Source: a virus
Virus record (IMG/VR): IMGVR_UViG_3300010396_000011
Span: 3,818-67,817 of that record
Direction: 5' to 3' (one strand)
Length of the DNA stretch: 64,000 nt
The notes beneath the pieces are model-generated. The model searched no databases. It was not told the DNA's origin and was given only the letters and a program-made list of their open reading frames with translations. The translations under genes were made by a program, and so were the position numbers. This document shows, piece after piece, positions 48,158 to 57,976 of the stretch (the stretch's first letter is position 1; the number at the start of each line of letters is the position of its first letter).

Positions 48158-48622
48158 CAAAAAAACAAGGAGAAATATGCAAGTCAGCCCGATCGAGAAA
48201 GAAGCCATCAAAGCGGCCATCGAAGAAGTACGCCAAAACTGCGAGCGCGTCTACGGCCAGCAGCCGGTGGGCGATTGGCGGTCGCGACTAGTGCTTCAGA
48301 TTTATCAGCGCAACATGCGCGAGATGGCGGAGCGGAATTAGAGCGATGTACACCATCCACAAAAAGCGCCTCTGCGAAGACTGCGGCTGCGGTCAAACCT
48401 TGCCGGAACATCTACAGTCGTGCGAATGCGCCTGTCATCCGCAGGACCGAGAGTCTGGTCCGCTCGTGAATAGCGCCGGCGCGGCGGTGCAGCAATGACC
48501 ACCCTCCGTCGCCTCTGGTGCCGCGCCTTCCATCGCAAAACCCTTTGGCCGATCCACGGAACTTACATTTGCGCGGTCTGCAAGTTGGTGCATCCCGCGT
48601 GGGAGTCTGAGGTGGTTCGGTA

Positions 48623-50101
48623 GTGTGGCTACACGTCCCATCCGAATGCTCTCCCTGTTCTCCGGCGCCGGTGGACTTGACCTCGGAATCCGAATCGCTC
48701 TACCAGGCGTTCGAACACTCTGTTACGTGGAGAGGGAACTCGCGGCCTGCCAGATCCTGGCGGCGCGCATGGCCGATGGATCGGCTGAGCCAGCACCCAT
48801 CTTTACGGACATTGCCGCCTTCGATGGCCACCCGTGGCGTGGAGCAGTGGATCTCATTGTGGGCGGATTCCCTTGCACCGACCTGTCCGTCGCCGGGAAA
48901 CGCGCCGGCATCACCGGAGAACACTCGGGACTCTGGTTTGAATACCTCCGCATCATTCGCGAGGTGCAACCCCGATGGGTCTTTATCGAGAATGTGCCGG
49001 CAGTTATCGCTGATCCCGCTGGAGGAATCGTACTCGGAGGGCTTGCCGAAGTCGGGTTCGATGCGGAATGGATATCTCTTCGAGCGTCCGACGTGGGAGC
49101 GCCCCACAAGCGGGAGCGGGTCTTTATCCTGGCCGTCTCCAAGGAGCGAGGATTCCGAGAGTTGCGGCAATCATCCGGGAGCGAACGATTCGTTGACGGG
49201 AATGGCTGGCCCGTGGAACACGCCGTCAACGGAGGACACCAAGACGGATGGACCAGCGGTTCTGGAGAGGTACGGAACGGCCGCCATGAAGACGTGCGAC
49301 ATGAGACTTCGGAATCAAATCGAGGCATGGGCGACACCGCGGGCGAACGATCCAGAGAAGCGCGGGAACTTCGACCCCACGGACCCGATGACGGGGATAG
49401 CGGGGCAGGCGGCGATGTGGACGACTCCGCAATCCCACGACACAGCACCGGGAGATCCGAGCCGAGTAGGGCGGTACGGGACGGAGCACGGCGGCCGGAA
49501 TCTGACGGACGACGTGATGCTGTGGCGGACGCCGGATGCTCCGGGGAGCGGCGATCCAAGGAATCGCCAGAACTCAATCGGCAACGGACATCAGGTGACG
49601 ATTGCCGAGCAAGCGGAGAGCTTCTGGTACACCCCGAACACCCCGAACGGCGGACGCCCTGTATCTGCGGACGTTGTGGAATCGAAGGGGCAGACGGAGG
49701 ACGGCAAGCGGCAAGTGGGGCTGGAGAGTCAGTCGCGGCATTGGCCGACGCCGGCGGCGAGGGATTACAGGAGCGAAGCGGGGAGCGAAGCGACGGTAAC
49801 GCACTTCAACCGCGCGGCGGGGCCGAGTTTGCCGGCGATGATCGAGCACGGATTTTCCCTCCCGGACCCGCAGACCGAGACGGATGGGCAGAGCTCTTGC
49901 GGACGCACCCGCACTTCGCGCCTGCGATTGAACCCGGCCTTCGTGTGTCTGTTGATGGGCTGGCCCTGGTGGTTGACGAGGCCCGAACCGATCAGCTTCG
50001 CGCGGCGGGAAATGGAGTCGTGGCTCTCTGCGCAGCGCTGGCATTTACGGTCCTTGCTCACCGCGCGGGGCTTGACCTGTCGGAATTCGGAGGACTGTTG
50101 A
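48623..50101 (+). CDS. Overlapping-frame partner chain (WxTP repeats plus motif IX)
   Basis: 492-codon open frame; seven W.[TS]P repeats; RLNPAFVCLLMGWP. Confidence 0.7.
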   Translation: MWLHVPSECSPCSPAPVDLTSESESLYQAFEHSVTWRGNSRPARSWRRAWPMDRLSQHPSLRTLPPSMATRGVEQWISLWADSLAPTCPSPGNAPASPENTRDSGLNTSASFARCNPDGSLSRMCRQLSLIPLEESYSEGLPKSGSMRNGYLFERPTWERPTSGSGSLSWPSPRSEDSESCGNHPGANDSLTGMAGPWNTPSTEDTKTDGPAVLERYGTAAMKTCDMRLRNQIEAWATPRANDPEKRGNFDPTDPMTGIAGQAAMWTTPQSHDTAPGDPSRVGRYGTEHGGRNLTDDVMLWRTPDAPGSGDPRNRQNSIGNGHQVTIAEQAESFWYTPNTPNGGRPVSADVVESKGQTEDGKRQVGLESQSRHWPTPAARDYRSEAGSEATVTHFNRAAGPSLPAMIEHGFSLPDPQTETDGQSSCGRTRTSRLRLNPAFVCLLMGWPWWLTRPEPISFARREMESWLSAQRWHLRSLLTARGLTCRNSEDC

Positions 50102-50106
50102 AGTGA
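48625..50106 (+). CDS. DNA cytosine-C5 methyltransferase, catalytic chain (motifs I-VIII and X)
   Basis: LSLFSGAGGLDLG, GGFPCTDLSVAG, FIENV, GAPHKRERVFI, LRAAGNGVV. Confidence 0.9.
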   Translation: MATRPIRMLSLFSGAGGLDLGIRIALPGVRTLCYVERELAACQILAARMADGSAEPAPIFTDIAAFDGHPWRGAVDLIVGGFPCTDLSVAGKRAGITGEHSGLWFEYLRIIREVQPRWVFIENVPAVIADPAGGIVLGGLAEVGFDAEWISLRASDVGAPHKRERVFILAVSKERGFRELRQSSGSERFVDGNGWPVEHAVNGGHQDGWTSGSGEVRNGRHEDVRHETSESNRGMGDTAGERSREARELRPHGPDDGDSGAGGDVDDSAIPRHSTGRSEPSRAVRDGARRPESDGRRDAVADAGCSGERRSKESPELNRQRTSGDDCRASGELLVHPEHPERRTPCICGRCGIEGADGGRQAASGAGESVAALADAGGEGLQERSGERSDGNALQPRGGAEFAGDDRARIFPPGPADRDGWAELLRTHPHFAPAIEPGLRVSVDGLALVVDEARTDQLRAAGNGVVALCAALAFTVLAHRAGLDLSEFGGLLK

Positions 50107-50107
50107 C

Positions 50108-51325
50108 ATGGACTACCAATCTGAAATCGCCCGCTGCGAACGGGAAATGGCCGAATGCGAAGCGTACGGCGGCAAAGACGGGTTCGGGGCACTCCTTGGA
50201 TTTTGCGATTGGTGGGGTGAGCGGAGTTTATTGATGGCAGAAGCGTTGAGGGCACCTTTTCCTTACTTCGGCGGAAAGTCAAAAGTCGCTCCTTTGGCGT
50301 GGGAGCGGTTCGGGGACGTGCCGAATTACGTAGAGCCGTTTTTTGGCAGCGGCGCGGTGCTTTTGGGCCGTCCAACCACACCAGGTGTTGAAACAGTGAA
50401 CGACCGCGATTGTCTGCTCGCAAACTTCTGGCGGGCACTCCAAAATGACCCAGATAAAGTAGCGCGGTATGCCGACAATCCCGTAAACGAAGCAGACCAG
50501 CACGCGCGCCACTTATGGCTCGTTCAGCAAGAAGAGTTTCGCGAGCGAATGAAGACCGAGCCGGAGTTTTACGATGCAAAGATTGCAGGATGGTGGGTAT
50601 GGGGACAGTGTATTTGGATTGGCTCTGGATGGTGCGCGGTACAGCTACCCCACCTCGGGGACGCGGGCAAAGGGGTAAACCGACAGCTACCCCACCTCGG
50701 GGACGCGGGCACGGGCGTACATCGTAAGCTACCCCACCTCGGGAACGCGGGCACGGGGGGAGCATGGATAAGCGACCCCACCTCGGGAACGCCTTCGCGC
50801 CAAATCCCGTTTCTCAACCGTCCCGGCGCTGGAATCAACGCCAAAAATCGGCGCAATGCTCTTACGCAATACATGTGCGAGCTGGCGGAGCGGATGCGCC
50901 GCGTACGGGTATGCTGTGGCGATTGGTCGCGGGTGTGTGGGCCTTCGCCTACGGTCAAGCTCGGCATTACGGGAGTCTTCCTAGATCCTCCATACGCAGA
51001 CGAAGCAGACCGCGCAGACTCACTGTATTCGACAGACGATCTGACCGTTGCCCATGCAGTGCGCGAATGGGCTGTCGCCAACGGAGATAACCGCAATCTT
51101 CGCATTGCGCTTTGCGGCTATGACGGGGAACACCAGATGCCGGATTCATGGGAGTGCATCGCGTGGAAAGCGCGCGGCGGGTATGGATCACAGGGAGAAG
51201 GACGGGGCCGCGAGAACTCAGGAAGAGAGCGGATATGGTTTAGCCCGTTCTGCCTTCGACCGCAAGAGAGCCTATTCCACGCCCTGAATAGCGCACTGCC
51301 AAGCGACGCCGAGGCCGTAGCATGA
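50108..51325 (+). CDS. DNA adenine methyltransferase (Dam/D12-like)
   Basis: PFPYFGGKS, YVEPFFGSGAV, ETVND and FLDPPY motifs; internal 42-bp repeats. The start may be 50233. Confidence 0.9.
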   Translation: MDYQSEIARCEREMAECEAYGGKDGFGALLGFCDWWGERSLLMAEALRAPFPYFGGKSKVAPLAWERFGDVPNYVEPFFGSGAVLLGRPTTPGVETVNDRDCLLANFWRALQNDPDKVARYADNPVNEADQHARHLWLVQQEEFRERMKTEPEFYDAKIAGWWVWGQCIWIGSGWCAVQLPHLGDAGKGVNRQLPHLGDAGTGVHRKLPHLGNAGTGGAWISDPTSGTPSRQIPFLNRPGAGINAKNRRNALTQYMCELAERMRRVRVCCGDWSRVCGPSPTVKLGITGVFLDPPYADEADRADSLYSTDDLTVAHAVREWAVANGDNRNLRIALCGYDGEHQMPDSWECIAWKARGGYGSQGEGRGRENSGRERIWFSPFCLRPQESLFHALNSALPSDAEAVA

Positions 51326-51690
51326 CCCCCGACCTGAACCTTACCGCCGGGGAAATCGTGTGGATCTGCCGAGAATACGGCTCCCTCATGCAGGCCACGT
51401 ACAACGAAACGATCTCCGCGATCGCCGCGTGTCCCGCGTGCGATGCGGACGTGGACCAGCACTGCATCGGGCAGTACGGAAGGCGGCATCGCGGCTCGCT
51501 TCACTCGGGCCGGCGCTCTGCGGCCGAGGCGTGGCGCAAGGCCAATCGCGACGAATGGATAATGCTGCGCGATTCGATCTTCCTCTCGCTGGTGCGGGAG
51601 AAACTGGCCGAGCGGCAGATTGCGGGGCGCGCGGCCGAGTTGATTCTCAGGCAGGCGGATTCCAACTTCGACATTCGGAGGGCGCTATGA
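51322..51690 (+). CDS. Hypothetical zinc-finger protein
   Basis: CPAC.A.....C...H..R. Confidence 0.55.
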   Translation: MTPDLNLTAGEIVWICREYGSLMQATYNETISAIAACPACDADVDQHCIGQYGRRHRGSLHSGRRSAAEAWRKANRDEWIMLRDSIFLSLVREKLAERQIAGRAAELILRQADSNFDIRRAL

Positions 51691-52211
51691 ACTCCAAACC
51701 TTGTTATGGATGCCCGCTGCGCCACGTTGAGGCAGAGTCGCGAACTGGCAGCCTCATTCGTAAGCGATGCCCGATCCTTCAGGGGAAGTTGGACGCGGTA
51801 CGCGGGCTTGGACTGAAGTCAATCGATTTTGAATGCTCGACCAAAACGGCACTGTTCACGCCGGGGCAGGGAGTTGCGTTTCTCGGCAGTAGCGATGAGC
51901 GAGGAGAATATGGCGAAAGGCCCTACGAAACCTACGCCGGGTTTGTGATGCGATGGCGCGGCAATAAGGTGCTAGTGGTGTCTGAAGAGACGGACAGCCC
52001 ATTTTGTTCCATCTTCCCGAATAGGCTCACGCCTGTGTCGGATCGCAGGCGGGCGTGCATCCATTGTGGAATGCCAGAGGGCGTGAACATCAAAGTCAAG
52101 GGTAAGTTCGACGCCGAACCTCACGCATGGGTATGCAGGGCCGAAATCGGAGAGGGGGGAGACGGCATTCTCCCGTGTGAATACGGATCAGCTACGGAGG
52201 CCGAAGCGTGA
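51687..52211 (+). CDS. Cys-rich hypothetical protein
   Basis: ATG 51687 with GGAGG RBS. Confidence 0.55.
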   Translation: MNSKPCYGCPLRHVEAESRTGSLIRKRCPILQGKLDAVRGLGLKSIDFECSTKTALFTPGQGVAFLGSSDERGEYGERPYETYAGFVMRWRGNKVLVVSEETDSPFCSIFPNRLTPVSDRRRACIHCGMPEGVNIKVKGKFDAEPHAWVCRAEIGEGGDGILPCEYGSATEAEA

Positions 52212-52507
52212 CCGGCCCGCGAGCTCGTCCGCATCCTCGCTGAGAACGTCACGTTCCCGCCTAGCACTACAAGCTCAACGTCATTGGTGACCGCGCGCGC
52301 GGGTACCGTTTTGCCGATTCGGATGAAGAGTTCGCGGAGTACCAGGGGGGGGGGAATATTCGACAGGCAGTTACGACAATGCGGCGGGTGCGGGCGCGGA
52401 TCGGCGAGAAGCGCTTTTCGCGGATTGCTCGTGAAGATGAAGGTTGCAGAGGCCTTGCAGTTGGGTGCCGATTTACAAACCGGGGTAAGTGAAAGGAGAT
52501 AGATGCC

Positions 52508-53110
52508 GTGGGCAAGCCAAAGAAAATCAATTTTGAACTGATCGATGATGTGGAATCTGAACCGTATCAGATCCTCAATGAGATGCGCCGCTTCCATGAC
52601 GGCATTCGTGAGGCGGCAATCGCGCTCGCGTGGCGCAAGGGCCTGACTCCGGACACGGACGGAAAACTGATACTCGGCAAGTGCATCAAAGCTTCCGACT
52701 TACAGCGCGAATTTGCCGCGTACGATTTCGTGATCTTACTCAACCGCGAAGTCTGGAGCGATCCGGAGTTCACCGACGATAAGAAGCGCGCGCTGATCGA
52801 CCACGAACTCTGCCACGCGGCGGCAGCGTATGACGTTGATGGTCCGAAGTATGACGAGCGTGGCCGGCGCGTATTCCGCACCCGTAAGCACGATATCGAG
52901 GAATTCTATGAGATCGTGCAGCGGCACGGCTGCTACAAACGTGATCTGGAATTGTTCGCGGAGGCGCTCAGGAGGAAGCGAAACACGCCGCTATTTAAGG
53001 ACGAAAGCACGAACATAGAAATACGCACGGGAGAGGGTAAGGTTCTGTATCGCGGGACCGGCGAAGAGCTTCACGACATCGCGGAGAAGATGGCGGAGAA
53101 GGTTCAGTGA
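52508..53110 (+). CDS. Putative phage metallopeptidase
   Basis: LGKC.KAS, DFVI.LN..W, ALIDHELCH, HDIEEF..IV.RHG. Confidence 0.85.
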   Translation: MGKPKKINFELIDDVESEPYQILNEMRRFHDGIREAAIALAWRKGLTPDTDGKLILGKCIKASDLQREFAAYDFVILLNREVWSDPEFTDDKKRALIDHELCHAAAAYDVDGPKYDERGRRVFRTRKHDIEEFYEIVQRHGCYKRDLELFAEALRRKRNTPLFKDESTNIEIRTGEGKVLYRGTGEELHDIAEKMAEKVQ

Positions 53111-53532
53111 CAATCACCGTAATTGGACTCCCGGCTCCTCAAGGCTCAAAAAAGCACATCGGCCACGGCGTAATGGTCGAGTCCAGTAAGAACGTTAAGC
53201 CGTGGAGAGAGGCAGTGGTTTGGGCCACTCGCGATGCGATGGAGCGGCCGGACCACATGCCGGACGCGCGGCTTCTCGGTCCAGTGGAAATAGGAATCGT
53301 ATTCACGGTTCCGAAACCAAAGAGCGCCCCTAAAACGCGGCGCACGTTTCCAGACCGCAAGCCTGACTTGGACAAGCTGTGCCGATCCACCTTGGATGCG
53401 ATTGTTACTGCTGGCGTTATCGAGGATGACGCGCGAGTGATAAACCTCTCGGCGGTAAAGGTATATCCGAATGAGGGAATCGGGGCTCTTGACGTTCCGG
53501 GCGCGGTGATTCGGATTACGAATGCGAGTTAG
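53107..53532 (+). CDS. rusA: RusA-like Holliday junction resolvase
   Basis: PAPQGSK, WREAV, KPDLDKLCRSTLDA, DDARV motifs. Confidence 0.88.
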   Translation: MTITVIGLPAPQGSKKHIGHGVMVESSKNVKPWREAVVWATRDAMERPDHMPDARLLGPVEIGIVFTVPKPKSAPKTRRTFPDRKPDLDKLCRSTLDAIVTAGVIEDDARVINLSAVKVYPNEGIGALDVPGAVIRITNAS

Positions 53533-53723
53533 CCGATGGATAACGGGCAAAAACGTATAGGGCGAATTTTGTTGAATTCCGCCGTGATAGGGTGGAAAAT
53601 AGAGATTCAAGGTTCCGCCGGCCAGCGGGATTTTGATGCTGTTCTCTCCGATGCAGCGGGTCGCCTTCTCCTTAGAGGCGGCCCCACTTCGGAAAGAACA
53701 ACCCGTCTAAGGAGCGGGCGTCG

Positions 53724-54164
53724 ATGACTAAACCAGAAGGCTCTCTAGCCACAATACCCCTAACGGAAGCTGTATCCAAAGTTCTGTTCGGCGACCAAAA
53801 ATGCAGCCAGCACGATATCCTGCTTGCGATAGCGCTTATAACAGAACAGTCGCCACACTTCTCAGCCGCCAGAAAGTTCTCTGCCATAGCCGAATGGCTC
53901 GAATTCGCGGAAGCCGATGAAATCCTGAAGAAATTGCCGTATAAGAGATTCTTATCTGGCGGGGTGTGGCGATCTATTCGTGAGTACCTGTTTGAGATTC
54001 GCGGTCGAGCGTGCCAGGTGTGCTGCTCGTCTGAGCGTCTTCAAATTCATCACAGCACCTACAAGCATCGCGGATCGGAGTATAAACACTTGAACGATCT
54101 AGTTATACTCTGCCGCGACTGTCACGCCAAATTTCACGGCAAGTTGCCCCAGGAGCCAGCATGA
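53724..54164 (+). CDS. HNH endonuclease
   Basis: CQVC...LQIHH..Y....E...DL..LCRDCH..FH. Confidence 0.85.
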   Translation: MTKPEGSLATIPLTEAVSKVLFGDQKCSQHDILLAIALITEQSPHFSAARKFSAIAEWLEFAEADEILKKLPYKRFLSGGVWRSIREYLFEIRGRACQVCCSSERLQIHHSTYKHRGSEYKHLNDLVILCRDCHAKFHGKLPQEPA

Positions 54165-55003
54165 AGGGAAAATTTCCAGCATTCCAGTTCTACCCGGACG
54201 CTTGGCTGGCATCCACAACTGTCTCCCTGATGACTCCCGCTGAAGAGGGCGCGTACCTGCGGCTGTTGTGTCACGCATGGCAATCTAGCGATTGCGGAAT
54301 TCCAGCAGACGATGAGACTTTAGCTGAGTTATCGCGCCTGCGGACTCAATGGAAGAAGAGTTCCGGCAAGATACTTTCCAAGTTCGAGCGCGTTGGCGAC
54401 CGCCTGTTTAATCCCCGCCTCATAGAAGAGCGCCAGAAACAGCTTGATTGGCGCAGTAAGTCAGCGCGGGGTGGAAAGCGTTCTGCTGCAACAAGATCAT
54501 CGAAGGGTGGTTCAAGGGTGGTTCAACCACACTTGAAGGGTGGTTCGGTTTTGGTTGACGAAAACAACGAACCAAAAGGCAACATTTCTTCTTCATCTTC
54601 ATTTACAGATAATGCTGGTACAAAAAACGTACCAGCATTAGAGATTGTCCCTCGCACGCTTGACGTTGAGCACCCATCTCCACGCTTTACCGAGTGGTGG
54701 GCGCTTTGGTCATCGGTGAGGGGGACCAACCACCGCATTCAAGCGGAGCGGACATATTTCCGAACGGTATCCGTGACGAATGAGGAATCCTGCTTTAACT
54801 GCACGCGGAGCTACCTTGATTCGCTAACCAGCCCAGCCAAGGGCTACAACCCAGAGAACTTTCTGGAAGAACAGGCGAAAGATGAATTCCGCGCGACGTG
54901 GCCAAAGGCCCGTGACTCACCTACTTCCCGTGAGCGTTGCTTTACGTCAGACGTAGCGGAAGTGTTCGGCAAGAGAATGCTAGAGGATGGTAAGCCATGG
55001 TGA
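54161..55003 (+). CDS. Replication initiator (DUF1376/YdaU-like N-terminus)
   Basis: PAFQFYPDAWL...MT..EEGAYLRLLCHAW...L.NPRL..ER. Confidence 0.85.
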   Translation: MKGKFPAFQFYPDAWLASTTVSLMTPAEEGAYLRLLCHAWQSSDCGIPADDETLAELSRLRTQWKKSSGKILSKFERVGDRLFNPRLIEERQKQLDWRSKSARGGKRSAATRSSKGGSRVVQPHLKGGSVLVDENNEPKGNISSSSSFTDNAGTKNVPALEIVPRTLDVEHPSPRFTEWWALWSSVRGTNHRIQAERTYFRTVSVTNEESCFNCTRSYLDSLTSPAKGYNPENFLEEQAKDEFRATWPKARDSPTSRERCFTSDVAEVFGKRMLEDGKPW

Positions 55004-55563
55004 ACGTAGCAGAAGCGGCGAAGGAAATCGCCAAACTCGGGATGCTGAAATATTTTCCAGCTGACAAGGAGGCGCGCGCCGCCATCGTGCAAATGGTCTG
55101 CGAAATGGCCGCTAACAACGCGCAAGTGGCATGGCTTGTGAAGCGCGCACTAGCCCTCTACAACGAGTGGCCCGGGCCAAATGAGCTTCGCGCGGCGTTC
55201 TGTTCTAAGTTCCGGCCGCGCGATGGAATCACGGCGTATTCACGGATCTACGCAGATGGAATTCCCAGCGAGAAGCAGGGATTTGCCGCGGCGTTGCCGT
55301 CGCCGGATCGAAAAGCCCTCCCCGCTGGCGCTGCCTCTGCCGACCCCGAACTTGCCGCTGAGGTGAAAGCCTCCGTGAAGCGCCTACAGAATGCCCCGCT
55401 TTCGCGCTCTGGGTTCGCCAGAACGATTGCCGAGGTGGTAACCGCCCCGCAGGACCGGAAAGCGCTTCCGGGGCCAACGGAGCAGGTTATAACGCGAGAG
55501 GATTGCGAGCGAGCTGTCGAAGCGAATCACGCGGCAAAACGGGCAGAGGCGGAAAAGGCGTGA
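54997..55563 (+). CDS. Putative helicase loader-like protein
   Basis: Follows the initiator; WPGPNELR motif. Confidence 0.5.
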   Translation: MVNVAEAAKEIAKLGMLKYFPADKEARAAIVQMVCEMAANNAQVAWLVKRALALYNEWPGPNELRAAFCSKFRPRDGITAYSRIYADGIPSEKQGFAAALPSPDRKALPAGAASADPELAAEVKASVKRLQNAPLSRSGFARTIAEVVTAPQDRKALPGPTEQVITREDCERAVEANHAAKRAEAEKA

Positions 55564-55691
55564 GCGAAACCCTCCATGTCGTCAACTTCAGCGGCGGCCT
55601 GTGTTCTTTTTGGGCAGCGCATCGCGTGAAGGAGCGCTACGGGACGGAAAACATGGTCCTCCTAGAGAAACCGGAGGAGCAACCGAGGTGA
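55560..55691 (+). pseudogene. N-terminal fragment of a PAPS-reductase-like (PP-loop) protein
   Basis: HVVNFSGGLCSFWAAHRVKERYG..NMVLL, then truncated at 43 aa. Confidence 0.6.
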
Positions 55692-56032
55692 TGCTGGTAA
55701 AAACTGAGGTTCGACCCTCCCCTATCCACGGGAACGGCTGTTTTGCCGCCGAGTTTATTCCAGAGGGTAAGACCGTTTGGTGTCACATCGAGCGGCTTGA
55801 GAAATCGCCAATACACCTCTGCGATTTCTGCGACGACGCGCGCTTTATCAACCATTCCTTCGACCCAAACACCGGGCCAAGCCCTTTCGGTGAAACCATT
55901 GCACTTCGCGACATTCGAGCCGGAGAGGAAATCACTGAGAACTACTGGCGAACCGTCCCGCACCTGGCCTCGAAAGAACCTAGCGCTTCATGGTTGCTCT
56001 ATGAGCAATCGGAGGAACCAAATGCCGAATAA
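55691..56032 (+). CDS. SET-domain protein
   Basis: SPIHGNGCFA...I..G, ARFINHSFDPN, ALRDIRAGEEITENY. Confidence 0.88.
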   Translation: MLVKTEVRPSPIHGNGCFAAEFIPEGKTVWCHIERLEKSPIHLCDFCDDARFINHSFDPNTGPSPFGETIALRDIRAGEEITENYWRTVPHLASKEPSASWLLYEQSEEPNAE

Positions 56033-56453
56033 CTGGAGAGTCGGGTCTAAAATCCCACTGAACGTCTATGAAGGCGACCGTCCGGTGTGCCAGTGCCACT
56101 CGGAAGAGGACGCGAGACGGATTGTTGCAGCGATGAACGCCTCTGCGGGAGAGGGCGTTTCGTTAATTGCGGCAGAGCGTCAGCGGCAAGTATCGGTCGA
56201 GGGTTGGACGCCAGAACACGATGATGAGCACCAGTACGGTGAATTGACATTGGCCGCAATGTGCTATATCGAGGCCAAACCAAGCCATTTTCACCGCAAC
56301 ATTAGGCGGTGGCCGTGGGATTCAAAGTGGTGGAAGCCGAAGGACCGCATTTCCAACTTGGCCAGGGCCGGAGCGTTGATCGCCGCCGAGATTGACCGAC
56401 TGAAGCGCGCCCGAGACCTTCAAACGGAACGCGAAGTTCTGGAGGGCAAATGA
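56022..56453 (+). CDS. Phage hypothetical protein
   Basis: AERQRQ..VEGWTPEHDD.H...WPW...WWKP...L.RAGALIAAEI.RL. Confidence 0.75.
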   Translation: MPNNWRVGSKIPLNVYEGDRPVCQCHSEEDARRIVAAMNASAGEGVSLIAAERQRQVSVEGWTPEHDDEHQYGELTLAAMCYIEAKPSHFHRNIRRWPWDSKWWKPKDRISNLARAGALIAAEIDRLKRARDLQTEREVLEGK

Positions 56454-56719
56454 CAACCGGAAACCACGGTCTTGACGCGTTGGCGGATTCGATAGCCCAG
56501 CGCGTCATCGAAGAGATGAAAAATTCGCAGAAAGAGCAGAGAATCACCCCGCGCTTGCTATCAGTGGATCAGGCGGCGCAATACCTCTCGCGAACCAGCG
56601 CGGCAGTTCGCCGTCTGATTTCGAGCGGCAAACTGAAATCCGTGCGGATGGACGACCGCGTATTTCTTGATATCCAGGACCTTGACCGCATCATCGAAGC
56701 GTCGAAGGGCGTAGAATAA
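56450..56719 (+). CDS. xis: Excisionase-like HTH protein
   Basis: LLSVDQAAQYL..T...VRRLI..GKL; directly upstream of int. Confidence 0.75.
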   Translation: MTTGNHGLDALADSIAQRVIEEMKNSQKEQRITPRLLSVDQAAQYLSRTSAAVRRLISSGKLKSVRMDDRVFLDIQDLDRIIEASKGVE

Positions 56720-56725
56720 TCACCC

Positions 56726-57775
56726 ATGGGACGAAGGCCAAAAGGCACCGGATCGATTCAGCCGCACGGCACGGGCTTCCGCATCCAGTATTTCGTGGAT
56801 GGTGCCCGCCGTCGCGAGACGTTCGCCACGTGCGAAGAGGCCGAGGCTAAACTCCTAGACAGACTCTCAGCCGCGAAGCGCGGGAGCATTGCCCCGGAAA
56901 AAATCTGCGTCGGTGATCTGATTGACCTGGTGATTGAGGATTACGAGTTTCGGCGCCTGCGCTCCGCAGCGGTGGTGAAATGGCGGGCAGAAGCGCACTT
57001 GCGGAAAGCATTCGGGAAAGTACGCGCCGCCAAACTGAGCCAAGATCACATCAAGCGCTATGTCGCGCAACGGCGATCTGAGGGCGCTACAGACGCGACG
57101 ATCAACCGTGAGCTGGCCATCGTGCGTCGCGGATACACCTTGGGAGCGCAGCAAGACCCGCCATTGGTCCACAGGCAACCGTACATCGCGAAACTCGACG
57201 AAGACAACGTGCGGCAAGGGTTTTTGGATGCTAGCGCCTATACTGCCCTATTAGCCGAGCTACCGGAGCGACTGAAGGCCCTGTGCGTCTGCGCCTATCA
57301 TGTCGGCACGCGCAAGGGTGAGCTTCGCAAGATCCGGTGGGATCAGGTGGATTTCGAAGCGCTGACAATCCGACTCACGAAACGGCAGACGAAAGGAAAG
57401 CGCCCGCGCACAGTTCCCATTTACGGGGACATGCTGCCATGGCTGGAAGCACAGAAGGAACGCTGCCCGCAAGGTTGCCAGTGGGTATTCTTCCACCACA
57501 GCAGGCCGGTCGGGGCTCAATTGCGCGGATGGCGCGAAGCCTGCGAACGTGCAGGAATGCCGGATCTGCTGTTCCACGATCTGCGCCGTTCCGCAGTGCG
57601 CAATATGGAGCGGGCGGGAATACCGCGCAAGGTGGCAATGGAGATCAGCGGACACAAAACTGAATCGGTTTACCGCCGCTACGATATCGTGTCTAGCGAT
57701 GATCTGCAATCAGCCGCCAAGAAACTCGCTGAGTTCCATTCCCGGAAACCAGAGCTTCGGATCGTCAACAAGTAG
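56726..57775 (+). CDS. int: Tyrosine integrase
   Basis: ATINREL, GTRKGEL, FHDLRR, SGHKT and RY motifs. Confidence 0.95.
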   Translation: MGRRPKGTGSIQPHGTGFRIQYFVDGARRRETFATCEEAEAKLLDRLSAAKRGSIAPEKICVGDLIDLVIEDYEFRRLRSAAVVKWRAEAHLRKAFGKVRAAKLSQDHIKRYVAQRRSEGATDATINRELAIVRRGYTLGAQQDPPLVHRQPYIAKLDEDNVRQGFLDASAYTALLAELPERLKALCVCAYHVGTRKGELRKIRWDQVDFEALTIRLTKRQTKGKRPRTVPIYGDMLPWLEAQKERCPQGCQWVFFHHSRPVGAQLRGWREACERAGMPDLLFHDLRRSAVRNMERAGIPRKVAMEISGHKTESVYRRYDIVSSDDLQSAAKKLAEFHSRKPELRIVNK

Positions 57776-57779
57776 AGCC

Positions 57780-57968
57780 TCAGTGCGCTCGTGGCTTTCT
57801 GCAGTGCATCCAAGCGGCACGCGCCGATGGCTGCTCAACTCCACATCTGGAACAGAGCGTTGGTACGGGCTTTCGGCCACCAGCCGCACTCGGGGGAAGT
57901 TCGCCGGAGCGGACTTTGGCAGCTTTCGCGAGCGCGGCTTTGCGAAGGTGCTTCTGGAGGGCGTTCAT
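57780..57968 (-). CDS. Small basic zinc-finger protein
   Basis: CSRC...HC; last gene of a three-gene leftward operon. Confidence 0.5.
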   Translation of the reverse strand: MNALQKHLRKAALAKAAKVRSGELPPSAAGGRKPVPTLCSRCGVEQPSARAAWMHCRKPRAH

Positions 57969-57976
57969 TGCGACGG

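Noticed and set aside
52208-52502. Gene between 51687-52211 and the metallopeptidase
   Set aside because: Coding-like segments fall in different frames around a G9 run. I cannot distinguish a pseudogene from an assembly error, so it is not called.
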